Below are positions 1 to 7,390 of a stretch of DNA of 26,466 bases, one piece after another. The notes beneath the pieces are model-generated. The model was not told the origin of the DNA. It did no database searches and was given only the letters and a program-made list of their open reading frames with translations. The number at the start of each line of letters is the position of its first letter. Position 1 is the first letter of the stretch. Origin of the DNA: a virus. Its lineage: Duplodnaviria > Caudoviricetes. Both the position numbers and the translations under genes were made by a program. The stretch is taken from positions 1-26,466 of the IMG/VR virus record IMGVR_UViG_3300032318_000216, one strand, 5' to 3'.

Positions 1-118
1 CTCCGCTCCGCCAACCTCCGCGCCGCCGACCTCTGCGGCGCCAACCTCTGCGGCGCCAACCTCTGCGGCGCCAACCTCTGCGGCGCCAACCTCTGCGGCG
101 CCAACCTCTGCGGCGCCA
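1..118 (+). repeat. 15-bp coding tandem repeat (CTCTGCGGCGCCAAC)
   Basis: Perfect units at 31, 46, 61, 76 and 91, a near-perfect unit at 106, and degenerate units at 1 and 16. Confidence 0.95.
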
Positions 119-360
119 TTGGCAACATGCGCGAAATCAAATCCGCGCAATTTGATCAATGGGCGGTTACATGGTCTGCAGATGTGCTGGCGATTGGCTG
201 CCAACAACACGCCATTGAAAAGTGGCGCAATGCAGATTCGCGATGGATTGCGGCGATGGATCGAGTTGCAACTGATTGGTGGACACGTTATGGCGCGTTA
301 GTGCTGCAACTGATTGATGCATCACCAGCTACCGGCGTAGTGGTGGAGGTGGAGGCGTGA
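1..360 (+). CDS. Pentapeptide-repeat protein (5' truncated by the window edge) with a DUF5758-like C-terminal domain
   Basis: Frame 1 from base 1 reads LRSAN LRAAD LCGAN LCGAN..., open and in frame with ORF 127..360. A(N/D)Lxx pentapeptides are followed by 'LAIGCQQHAIEKW', typical of phage pentapeptide proteins. The ATG at 127 is internal. Confidence 0.85.
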   Translation, partial: LRSANLRAADLCGANLCGANLCGANLCGANLCGANLCGAIGNMREIKSAQFDQWAVTWSADVLAIGCQQHAIEKWRNADSRWIAAMDRVATDWWTRYGALVLQLIDASPATGVVVEVEA

Positions 361-689
361 ACCAACAACACCCCATCACCCCACCGCCTGAGCTGGTCAG
401 AAAGTGGGCTCGCTTTCAAAACTATGAAGACCCCGAGGCACTCTGGTGCAGGATCGCTACGGTGGCTGCTCGCTGGGGCGCTGACGAGGAATTGGAGGCG
501 TGTTGTAAGTGTCTGACGCTTCTTGGCTGCTCCGGCACCGCTGCTGACGTCCGCGCTCTCCGCCGCCCCAAGCCGCCGAGCTTGAAGGAGCAGGCGCTGA
601 ACTGCTTGGTAGACATAGAGCACGGGGCCACGCCTTGCCCGAGCGACTTCGATTCCATCCGCCGCGCACTGGAGGCGCTACCTGAATGA
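357..689 (+). CDS. Hypothetical phage protein
   Basis: GTGA overlap with the upstream stop. 'HPITPPPELV..W', 'ARWGADEELEAC' and 'RRPKPPSLKEQAL' resemble a recurrent cyanophage accessory family (from recall). Confidence 0.8.
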   Translation: MNQQHPITPPPELVRKWARFQNYEDPEALWCRIATVAARWGADEELEACCKCLTLLGCSGTAADVRALRRPKPPSLKEQALNCLVDIEHGATPCPSDFDSIRRALEALPE

Positions 690-1018
690 CTAAGCCCGAC
701 TACCGCGCCCGCTGCGCTGAGCTGCTGACCGCAATTCAGCTCTACACAAAGCTGAATCCTGCGGCTAGCGAAATGTCAGCCTTTGAGCTAACGGAGAAAC
801 TAATGGACGCTATGGCTGCGACTTATGCCGCCCTGGCCCAGCCCGAGCCAGTGGCGCCGACGGTGATGGAGATTATCGAACTGCACTCGTGGCTAGATGA
901 TGAGTGGCAAGCGAATAACGATGGCGAAGATCTGCCAGCGCTCGACTTCGCCCGCGCCGTCCTCGCCCGCTGGGGCACACCCACCAACAACACTAAAGAG
1001 GAAAACTTAGATGGCTGA
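686..1018 (+). CDS. Hypothetical phage protein
   Basis: ATGA overlap with the upstream stop. 'DYRARCAEL...AALAQPEP...FARAVLARWG' is typical of small phage accessory proteins. Confidence 0.8.
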   Translation: MTKPDYRARCAELLTAIQLYTKLNPAASEMSAFELTEKLMDAMAATYAALAQPEPVAPTVMEIIELHSWLDDEWQANNDGEDLPALDFARAVLARWGTPTNNTKEENLDG

Positions 1019-1214
1019 ACTATCCCCCGCCGCCGCCAGCATTGTGCGAGCGTTTGATGATCGCTACGAATTGTTAGGCGGGCTGGAAGAGAACTGGCAG
1101 GAAGACTGCCTAGCCGCCGCCTTGCGAGCTTTAGCAGTCCGCATCAACGGTGCCGACGCCATCCGCCAGGACATTCTTGACATCGCCGCCGAGCTGGAGG
1201 CCACCACCCCCTAA
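1011..1214 (+). CDS. Hypothetical phage protein
   Basis: Overlaps the upstream stop by 8 nt; helical 'LSPAA..I...LAAALRALA...IAAELE' pattern. Confidence 0.75.
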   Translation: MAELSPAAASIVRAFDDRYELLGGLEENWQEDCLAAALRALAVRINGADAIRQDILDIAAELEATTP

Positions 1215-1286
1215 CGATCTGCTACCATGCCAGCGTCTACCGGCGAGGCCTGAGCGCCCCGGCTGACGCACCAAAGCATTTCAGCC

Positions 1287-1481
1287 ATGTCTATCACTTG
1301 CCTCGCCGCCTGGATGGCGGCGTTAATTCTGTTGCCGATCGTCGTTCTGCTCTGGGCCACTGAGAGCCGCCAGCAACGTGCCCGCCGGTGGCGCCAAGCC
1401 GGGCTCACCCAGCAGGCCGTCGCTGATCGGTTGGGGTGCAGCCGCAGCACTGTGCGCAGGATGCTCCACCTCAAACACTGA
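1287..1481 (+). CDS. Small membrane-anchored HTH protein
   Basis: N-terminal hydrophobic helix (LAAWMAALILLPIVVLLW) followed by an HTH (GLTQQAVADRLGCSRSTVRRML). Confidence 0.75.
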   Translation: MSITCLAAWMAALILLPIVVLLWATESRQQRARRWRQAGLTQQAVADRLGCSRSTVRRMLHLKH

Positions 1482-1886
1482 GCAATCCCTGGCGAATCGT
1501 GGGCCTTCGATCTCGACATCAGGAAACCCCATGCTGCAGCCATCGCTCCAGAATTTGCACTGCCGGCAGGTTGGATCACCTGCCGTAGGTGGTGACCTGA
1601 ACCACTCGGGCAGCAGGTCTTTGTAGATCAATCCGATGCGGATCTGCCTGATTAGCTCACGGCTGCAGCCATACTGATCAGCCAGTAATTGATAGCCGTC
1701 GGTTGATTGACGAATTGCCATCACTGCGGCGTCATCAATCAACCGATCGGCCTTTGATCCGCCATAGGAGATATTGAAACGGTGCTGACATTCCTTGCAC
1801 TCAAAACGTCGATAGCGCCCATATTTAGTCGGGCGCGATTGAATCACAAACGTTGCGCCGTCGCACCTCAGGCAGTGATGCATCAC
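1323..1886 (-). CDS. Zn-ribbon (NrdR-N-like) / HTH / Cys-cluster protein
   Basis: CxxC-V-QSR-RRFECKECQHRF Zn ribbon, HTH-like LADQYGCSRELIRQIR, then CRQCKFW...CSMGFP...C. The last ~50 codons overlap the + strand HTH gene and are probably not conserved. Confidence 0.75.
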   Translation of the reverse strand: MMHHCLRCDGATFVIQSRPTKYGRYRRFECKECQHRFNISYGGSKADRLIDDAAVMAIRQSTDGYQLLADQYGCSRELIRQIRIGLIYKDLLPEWFRSPPTAGDPTCRQCKFWSDGCSMGFPDVEIEGPRFARDCSVFEVEHPAHSAAAAPQPISDGLLGEPGLAPPAGTLLAALSGPEQNDDRQQN

Positions 1887-2188
1887 GGCGCGATCACTCC
1901 GTAGGCCGGCTGGATCTGCACGTCACGCTCGCGCACCGCCACACAGGCAACCAGACCCAGCAGACAGAGCGCCAAGCTGATCACGGTTCGGCGACGGGCA
2001 GCGGCCTGGGCAGCAAGCACAGCACGCCGGCGTTGCGCCTTGTAGACAGCCAGCGAAACAACAGGCTGATCACTGCAGGGCCTCAAGGCTGATAACCGTG
2101 GCGCCTGGGAATTGCTGCTTGAAACATGAGTAGATCGCAGCTGTGCTCCAACCAGTCGGCACAATCCATTCCAGCGTGTGATTTTCAT
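1883..2188 (-). CDS. Small membrane protein, start unresolved
   Basis: Basic stretch then a TM helix (VISLALCLLGLVACVAV); stop overlaps the next start (GTGA). Candidate starts are ATG 2188 or GTG 1984. Confidence 0.45.
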   Translation of the reverse strand: MKITRWNGLCRLVGAQLRSTHVSSSNSQAPRLSALRPCSDQPVVSLAVYKAQRRRAVLAAQAAARRRTVISLALCLLGLVACVAVRERDVQIQPAYGVIAP

Positions 2189-2219
2189 TGTTTTTCCGGT
2201 AAGTGATGATGTAGGCCAT
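2070..2219 (-). CDS. Hypothetical 49-aa protein (not in the ORF track)
   Basis: Hand translation: MAYIITYRKNNENHTLEWIVPTGWSTAAIYSCFKQQFPGATVISLEALQ*. The ATG lies 3 nt after the stop of 2223..2540. Confidence 0.65.
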   Translation of the reverse strand: MAYIITYRKNNENHTLEWIVPTGWSTAAIYSCFKQQFPGATVISLEALQ

Positions 2220-2222
2220 GGG

Positions 2223-2540
2223 TTAGTTGCGGGCATCAGGGCAGGCGCTGGCTGATTCAATTGCTGTGGCGATGGCACGCGACTGCCGGGCCAGATCGGC
2301 CATCAGCTCGCGGTCTAGCGGGATGGATTCATCCCAGGCGTTATCAGCAACGGCCTGAGCCACCTGCTGCGTGGCGTCGATCAGCCCCACCAGCAGCGGC
2401 AGAATTGGCTGATTGAGGCGGCCAGAGTCGGGCAGCGTGATCAGCTGGCTGGCGTAGCCGGGGATGGCCTGCCGTGCCGCTTGGAGGATCAGGTCAGACA
2501 GTGCGCCATCGCACTCGATGTGGTTGTGGATCGGCATCAC
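2223..2540 (-). CDS. Hypothetical phage protein
   Basis: Start overlaps the Gp157 stop (GTGA/TGATG); helical protein-like composition. Confidence 0.7.
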   Translation of the reverse strand: MMPIHNHIECDGALSDLILQAARQAIPGYASQLITLPDSGRLNQPILPLLVGLIDATQQVAQAVADNAWDESIPLDRELMADLARQSRAIATAIESASACPDARN

Positions 2541-3079
2541 TTAATGCTCCAGCTGCGGCGCTCGACCAAGGCGCACCCTTCAATCTGCGCACCACCTTTC
2601 AGCGCTGCGGCCAGTGCGGTCTTGTCAGCGGTGATGGTGGTCTTGATCCGCTGGTACTGCCCCGGCAGCTCAAGCGCATCGGCTGTGACATCGACGGCCG
2701 TGGTCTTGCGGCTGGTGATCTTGTGCTCAGGCAGCTCCCAGCGTGTCTCGTCTGGCGCGACCTTCTGCAGTGCTGCGATGAGCCGCTCCTGCAGGGCGTC
2801 AGCCTGCTGCTGAGCGCTGGTGGCCAAGTCCTTGAGGCGCTGGGCGTGAGCGGCGCGGGCATCGGCCTGAGCGCGCATGTGGTCGATCACCCAGCACCAG
2901 GCGTCGGCCTTGGCCTCAACGGCCTTGCGGTTGTCGCTCTCGGCGCTGATCAGGTTTTCCAGCGCCATGGTGGCAGCGGCTACCTCGTCTGGGTCGTCAC
3001 TGAACAGCAGCTCGGCTGATTCGTTGATTTGGCGATGAAGGTGCAGGGCTTCGCCGGTGAGGTCAAAAAGGGTGGCCAT
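2537..3079 (-). CDS. Siphovirus Gp157 family protein
   Basis: 'MATLFDLT', 'KADA', coiled coil, and the C-terminal 'DKTALAAALKGGAQIEGCALVERRSWSIK' signature. Confidence 0.9.
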   Translation of the reverse strand: MATLFDLTGEALHLHRQINESAELLFSDDPDEVAAATMALENLISAESDNRKAVEAKADAWCWVIDHMRAQADARAAHAQRLKDLATSAQQQADALQERLIAALQKVAPDETRWELPEHKITSRKTTAVDVTADALELPGQYQRIKTTITADKTALAAALKGGAQIEGCALVERRSWSIK

Positions 3080-3167
3080 GGGCCGATTGCGTTGAACCCG
3101 CCAACCCTAGCCTTTTAATACCGCATCTCAACCCCTATAGTGGGGCAGTCTTCACGATCTGATTTTC
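3080..3167. promoter_or_regulatory. Divergent promoter region between gp157 and sigma
   Basis: TATAGT (3136..3141, +) inside CCCC-TATAGT-GGGG upstream of sigma. TAGGGT on the minus strand (3104..3109) lies 24 nt before the gp157 ATG. Confidence 0.5.
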
Positions 3168-4121
3168 GTGGCCGGCTCATGGTGGCTCGACACGATCGGC
3201 AGGATTCCCCTGCTGACGCCGGCTGAGGAGATCGAGCTGGGCACAATCATCCAGCGCTGGCAGCAGCACCCAGACCCATGCCCACCAGGCATCAGGCGCC
3301 GTGGGATGCGCGCCCGTGATCGGTTTGTGCAGGCCAATCTGCGGCTGGCGGTTTCGTATGTGTCCAAGCGCTGCTTCCGGTTGGCCAAAGCGCACGGCCA
3401 GGAAGACCTGATCCAGGCCGCAAACATGGGCCTCATCACTGCTGCTGAGCGGTTTGATCCGGCCCGTGGGTATCGGTTCAGCACCTATGCGTACTGGTGG
3501 ATTCGTCAGGCCGTCAGCCGCTGGGCAGATCAGCACTCCCGCCTGATCTCGATTCCCGGCAGCCACTGCCAGCACCTTGGCCGCATCGGCCCGATCACCC
3601 GCCGCCTTGAGCAGGAACTAAACCGCACGCCCACCCGCCAGGAGATCGCCACTGAGCTGGGCGTATCGCTGGCAGTGCTGGATCAGGTGCTGGAGAACGG
3701 CCGCTCGATCGCTTCGCTGGATCAGGTAATCAGCGATGACGGCCTTGAGCTGGGTGCCACATGCGCATCATTCGATCGCAGCATTGAGGATGAAGAAGAA
3801 CAGCGCGAGCGATGGCGCCAGGCTGAGCAGCTGCGCAACATGATCGCCCGGCTGCCGATGTCAGATCAGCGGCTGCTGATGTTGGCCTGGGGCCTTGATG
3901 GCGTGGAGATTCCACGCGCCGAGCTGGCCCGTCAGGAGGGCCTTTCGACGCGGGCGCTGGAATCACACCTAGAGCGGCTGCAGGCGTCCTTGGCGGCGCA
4001 CTCGGTTCAGCTGGTGCTGGTGGCGGTGTGCAGGGTGCGGCCATCGCCAGTGCCACGCATGAAACGCAAGCGGCGTGGGTGTGTTGGTGAGCAGCTCAGG
4101 TTGGTGGTGCTCAATCAGTAA
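3168..4121 (+). CDS. Phage-encoded RNA polymerase sigma-70 factor (RpoD/group-2-like)
   Basis: Region 1.2 'IGRIPLLTPAEEIEL'; region 2 'ANLRL...DLIQ...GL..AAERFDPARGYRFSTYAYWWIRQA'; region 3 'LEQELNRTPTRQEIATELG'; region 4 degenerate. Confidence 0.93.
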   Translation: MAGSWWLDTIGRIPLLTPAEEIELGTIIQRWQQHPDPCPPGIRRRGMRARDRFVQANLRLAVSYVSKRCFRLAKAHGQEDLIQAANMGLITAAERFDPARGYRFSTYAYWWIRQAVSRWADQHSRLISIPGSHCQHLGRIGPITRRLEQELNRTPTRQEIATELGVSLAVLDQVLENGRSIASLDQVISDDGLELGATCASFDRSIEDEEEQRERWRQAEQLRNMIARLPMSDQRLLMLAWGLDGVEIPRAELARQEGLSTRALESHLERLQASLAAHSVQLVLVAVCRVRPSPVPRMKRKRRGCVGEQLRLVVLNQ

Positions 4122-5265
4122 GGATCGGCGCCGACACAGTGAACCCACGCTGAGAATCAATGAACCGCATCAGCTGCTGCGGTCGCTCTGGTGCAAATCC
4201 CAGCTTCAGGCCGTAAGCGGTTGGGCCGATCAGCGAGCCATTGACTGACCAGTTCGGGCCCAGCGTCAACTGATGGAAGTGGCCTTGGAAAGTGTGATCC
4301 GCCCTGATCGCCTGGTCCGCCCGGTGGATCCACTTGGTCAGCGGGATGGTGAGTCCACCGATGCCGCCTTGGTAGCGGCAGGCATCGCCGTGATGGAACC
4401 TGAGCACCTGACCCAGCACGGTCAAGTAGGTCACGTTGCCATCAGCGATCTGCCAGACGATGCGCGGCTCGTTCCTGAAGTGCCGCTGCAGGCTCTGATA
4501 CATCAGCCATTCGTAGCTGGTGGCGTGGCTGTTGTCGGCCTGCATCTTCTGGGTGGTCCGCCCGTGGTTGCCGTGGCTGCACGGCACGATGATCCGCTCA
4601 AGATCGCCATGCTCAAGCAGGTAATTCAACCCCGCCACGATGGCGCGCTCACATTCAATCAGCTGCTGAGTGGGGCTTAGCTCCTGCATCTGGATCTGCT
4701 CAGGATGGAGCCAGTTGTCAATCAGGTCACCACCTAGCCAGACCACCATCTCGGTGATGATCGCGCTTGAGCGGACCATATTCACCACCTTCAGGGCATT
4801 TTTGAACAGGCCCTGGGCGCGTTCGTGGAAGATTCCCACGTCAAACTCATTTAGGCCATTTACTGAACCTGGCCGCACCACCGCCCCGCAGTGCCAATCG
4901 GAACAGAGCAGGATCGGCACTGATGACGAGACAGCGGCAGCCGGCGGCGGCAGTATCGCCAAATCGGTCGGACAGTCCACGATGTCAAGCGCTGTGGAGA
5001 GCTGCTCCCGCAGTCGCTCCACTTCGCTGATCGCTCGCTCCTGGCCATCGTTGGCGCTCTTGGCAGTGGCCTTCAGGCGGCGCACCTCCAGCTGCAGGGC
5101 CAGCAGTTCTGCAGTCGTATCACTGCGATTCCCCTTGGGGCACATGCCCGGTAGGCACACGGGCCGCCGCCCGCTGGAAACTTGCAGCCATTCAATGCCG
5201 GATTCAGCAATCCACGCCCGACAGGCTTTGCTGCGGCGACATTGATAGGTCCGCTCGTTCGTCAT
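4111..5265 (-). CDS. Calcineurin-like metallophosphoesterase with N-terminal Cys cluster and coiled coil
   Basis: Motifs SDWH, GGDLID, GNHG, HHGD and GHFH in canonical order. Confidence 0.88.
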   Translation of the reverse strand: MTNERTYQCRRSKACRAWIAESGIEWLQVSSGRRPVCLPGMCPKGNRSDTTAELLALQLEVRRLKATAKSANDGQERAISEVERLREQLSTALDIVDCPTDLAILPPPAAAVSSSVPILLCSDWHCGAVVRPGSVNGLNEFDVGIFHERAQGLFKNALKVVNMVRSSAIITEMVVWLGGDLIDNWLHPEQIQMQELSPTQQLIECERAIVAGLNYLLEHGDLERIIVPCSHGNHGRTTQKMQADNSHATSYEWLMYQSLQRHFRNEPRIVWQIADGNVTYLTVLGQVLRFHHGDACRYQGGIGGLTIPLTKWIHRADQAIRADHTFQGHFHQLTLGPNWSVNGSLIGPTAYGLKLGFAPERPQQLMRFIDSQRGFTVSAPILTD

Positions 5266-5585
5266 ACCTCAGTCTGTGGAGAACTATTCACCCATTCAGC
5301 AATCATGGCCGCACGTTCAGCGCAAAACCACGCCTGAGCGGCAAACCATTCCCTCCAATTGTCGCTGCCCTTCGCCCCGTTGCAGCGGCGGCAGGCCGGC
5401 ACCAGGTTCTGGGCCACTGTCAGCCCACCCTTGAGCCGCGGCAGAACATGGTCGAGGGTGTCGGCCGGCTCGGAACAGTAGGCGCAGCGGCTGCCCCAGT
5501 CCTCAAATATCGAAGCTCTGAATCTTGACTTAGTGGTGCGCTTGGGCAGTAGCTCGGTTCCATCAATCTGATGGTCGAAGGCCAT
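5262..5585 (-). CDS. HNH endonuclease
   Basis: CAYC...TLDHVLPR.KGG....NLVPACRRCNGAKG. Confidence 0.93.
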   Translation of the reverse strand: MAFDHQIDGTELLPKRTTKSRFRASIFEDWGSRCAYCSEPADTLDHVLPRLKGGLTVAQNLVPACRRCNGAKGSDNWREWFAAQAWFCAERAAMIAEWVNSSPQTEV

Positions 5586-6644
5586 TTAATAATCCCAGCG
5601 GACGCGTGGCCGGCCAGCCCTGATACCCAGATGCACGAAACCCTTCGGCGCCCCGTATCCGACGCTGCAAGGCCACTCCTTATCGCACCACCCCTGCACG
5701 GCGTTGATGTCTGCGCCTTGGATGTAGAAGTCCACCGCACCAACGCTCGGCGCGTTGTAGAGATGCTCGCTGCTGCTGGCGCCACCCACTGATTTATTGA
5801 TGGCCGGCGGCCTGTATCCGCTGGTGATGATCACCGGCTTGCCACCAAAGGCCACGCGCACCCGCTCCAGAAACGCAGCCAGATCGGCAGCGGTTGCGAT
5901 CTGGTGCTGATGCGTGAACCGCCTGGACTCCTCATTCAGCGCAAACTCACCCAGGGTGATATGCGGTGTGATGAGCGCGGAGAACGGGCTGGACGGGCTC
6001 AGCCGCGTCTGTGAATTGCCAGCCCATAGCTGGCCCTCAGCCTCACGGCGGCGCTTCAGGCCGGCCTCAACGTTGGTGCCGGGGTTGCGATAGAGCAGCA
6101 GCGCAGCGGGCACGGCCGCCCAGTTCTTCCCGCGCAGCTCGCGGCTGATGGTTTCAAAACCCTGCGCGCCATAGAACCCACTCCCCAGGTTGTAGGCAAA
6201 TGAGATCAGCGCGCACTTCTGGTGGTCGGCCATTGCCACCCAGAACGGCACAGTTGCGCGCAGCTTCTCATCAATGCGGGCGATCTCTTGCCGCAGCATG
6301 ATGTCCGCTTCAATGGCGTTGATCGTGTCGCCCTGCTTGACCTTGCGGCCATCGGGGTAGCGGGTGGACCCGTAGCCGATTGTTGCCACGTCCCAGCCGT
6401 GCAGCGAGTCGGGGTAGGCGTCAAGTGAACGGCCTTCAAACTCCTTGATGATCTTCAGCGCCGCGGCCAGGTCGGACTGTTGCGCCGCCGGGCTCCCGGC
6501 CGCCCTCCACAGCTCGGTGAACTCTTGGCGCTGTGCATTGGTAAGCGATTCATCGTGCGCAGTCAATGCCGCCAGCTGGTGCGGCGTGATCTTGCCAGCT
6601 CTGGCGATGTGCTCAGCGGCAGCGCGAACGGTGGCGTAGGTCAT
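5586..6644 (-). CDS. Endolysin: GH24 lysozyme fused to a peptidase M15 domain
   Basis: 'IKEFEG...AYPD...TIGYGST', 'ALISFAYNLG' and 'GLKRRREAE' (GH24); then 'ITSGYR...N..VGGA.SSEH...AVDF...FVHLG' (M15). Confidence 0.92.
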   Translation of the reverse strand: MTYATVRAAAEHIARAGKITPHQLAALTAHDESLTNAQRQEFTELWRAAGSPAAQQSDLAAALKIIKEFEGRSLDAYPDSLHGWDVATIGYGSTRYPDGRKVKQGDTINAIEADIMLRQEIARIDEKLRATVPFWVAMADHQKCALISFAYNLGSGFYGAQGFETISRELRGKNWAAVPAALLLYRNPGTNVEAGLKRRREAEGQLWAGNSQTRLSPSSPFSALITPHITLGEFALNEESRRFTHQHQIATAADLAAFLERVRVAFGGKPVIITSGYRPPAINKSVGGASSSEHLYNAPSVGAVDFYIQGADINAVQGWCDKEWPCSVGYGAPKGFVHLGIRAGRPRVRWDY

Positions 6645-6919
6645 CGGATGTTTCTCAGTGCAGCCTTAACGGGGTCGTAGAGGCCGAGCACAGCTGCTAC
6701 CTGGGTGGCGGTAGCAATACCGCCGATTTTCTCTTCAATCGCCTCTGTGACGGCAGCCTGAACCTGCAACGGCTTGGCCTTGTTCATCAGCATGTAAGGC
6801 ACTGTCAGATCAAGGCGCTTAAAGATCGCGGGCAGCTCTTTCTGGAGCACACGATCAGCGGCAAGTCTGAGCAGGATGCGGCCCAGCTCCAATGCAATGG
6901 TGCGAAAGATGTTTTTCAT
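6641..6919 (-). CDS. Hypothetical lysis-region protein
   Basis: Start reassigned to ATG 6919 (MKNIFRT), which gives an ATGA overlap with the upstream stop; its stop overlaps the endolysin start. Confidence 0.7.
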   Translation of the reverse strand: MKNIFRTIALELGRILLRLAADRVLQKELPAIFKRLDLTVPYMLMNKAKPLQVQAAVTEAIEEKIGGIATATQVAAVLGLYDPVKAALRNIR

Positions 6920-7119
6920 GGTGGGGATTTGGTGAGGATGCCGCCGATCCAACCAGCAGCGGCGCCGACTGCTGCGAAGACGGCGGAGGATTGCGGATCG
7001 CAGCTCGCTGGGGTGCGAACACGGCAGGCCGCTAGGTCAATGGCGCCGATGATGATTCCTGTCGCCAGCAGCCCCACCAGGCAGCGGAGTAGATAGCTGC
7101 GCTCGGTTGGTGTGGTCAT
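6916..7119 (-). CDS. Putative holin (two hydrophobic segments)
   Basis: 67 aa with two predicted TM helices, located upstream of the endolysin. Confidence 0.55.
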   Translation of the reverse strand: MTTPTERSYLLRCLVGLLATGIIIGAIDLAACRVRTPASCDPQSSAVFAAVGAAAGWIGGILTKSPP

Positions 7120-7358
7120 TTCTGCCCCTCCAGCTTGCTGACGCGCTGCTCGACGCTGCCAATGCGGCCGAACATCTCCTTGCGCTCGTCTTTGATGTCG
7201 GTGTGGAGGATCTGTAGCTGTGTGGCTATGTTTTCAACGCCTGCGGTGAGCCGAATGACGGCCTCCCGCGCTTCATCGTTGCGCCGTGAAAACCCCATGC
7301 TGCCCATCGCGGCCCAGGTGATAGAGGCGCCGGCCACAGCGGCTAGAACTTCAATCAC
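7116..7358 (-). CDS. Membrane-anchored coiled-coil protein (lysis cassette)
   Basis: N-terminal hydrophobic segment and C-terminal coiled coil 'RIGSVEQRVSKLEG'. Confidence 0.7.
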   Translation of the reverse strand: MIEVLAAVAGASITWAAMGSMGFSRRNDEAREAVIRLTAGVENIATQLQILHTDIKDERKEMFGRIGSVEQRVSKLEGQK

Positions 7359-7378
7359 GGGCCTCAGCTGCTTTGGCT

Positions 7379-7390
7379 TCAGGCTATGGA
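7379..7390 (-). promoter_or_regulatory. Putative late promoter motif TCCATAGCCTGA
   Basis: Intergenic; TAGCCT hexamer 22 nt before GTG 7358; identical 12-mer at 23856..23867. Confidence 0.65.

Noticed and set aside
1-118. Possible CRISPR array
   Set aside because: The units are contiguous 15-mers without spacers and encode pentapeptides in frame.
5262-5585. HNH as an intron or homing mobile element
   Set aside because: It is a short stand-alone HNH tightly coupled to its neighbours, with no interrupted gene or intron-like flanks.
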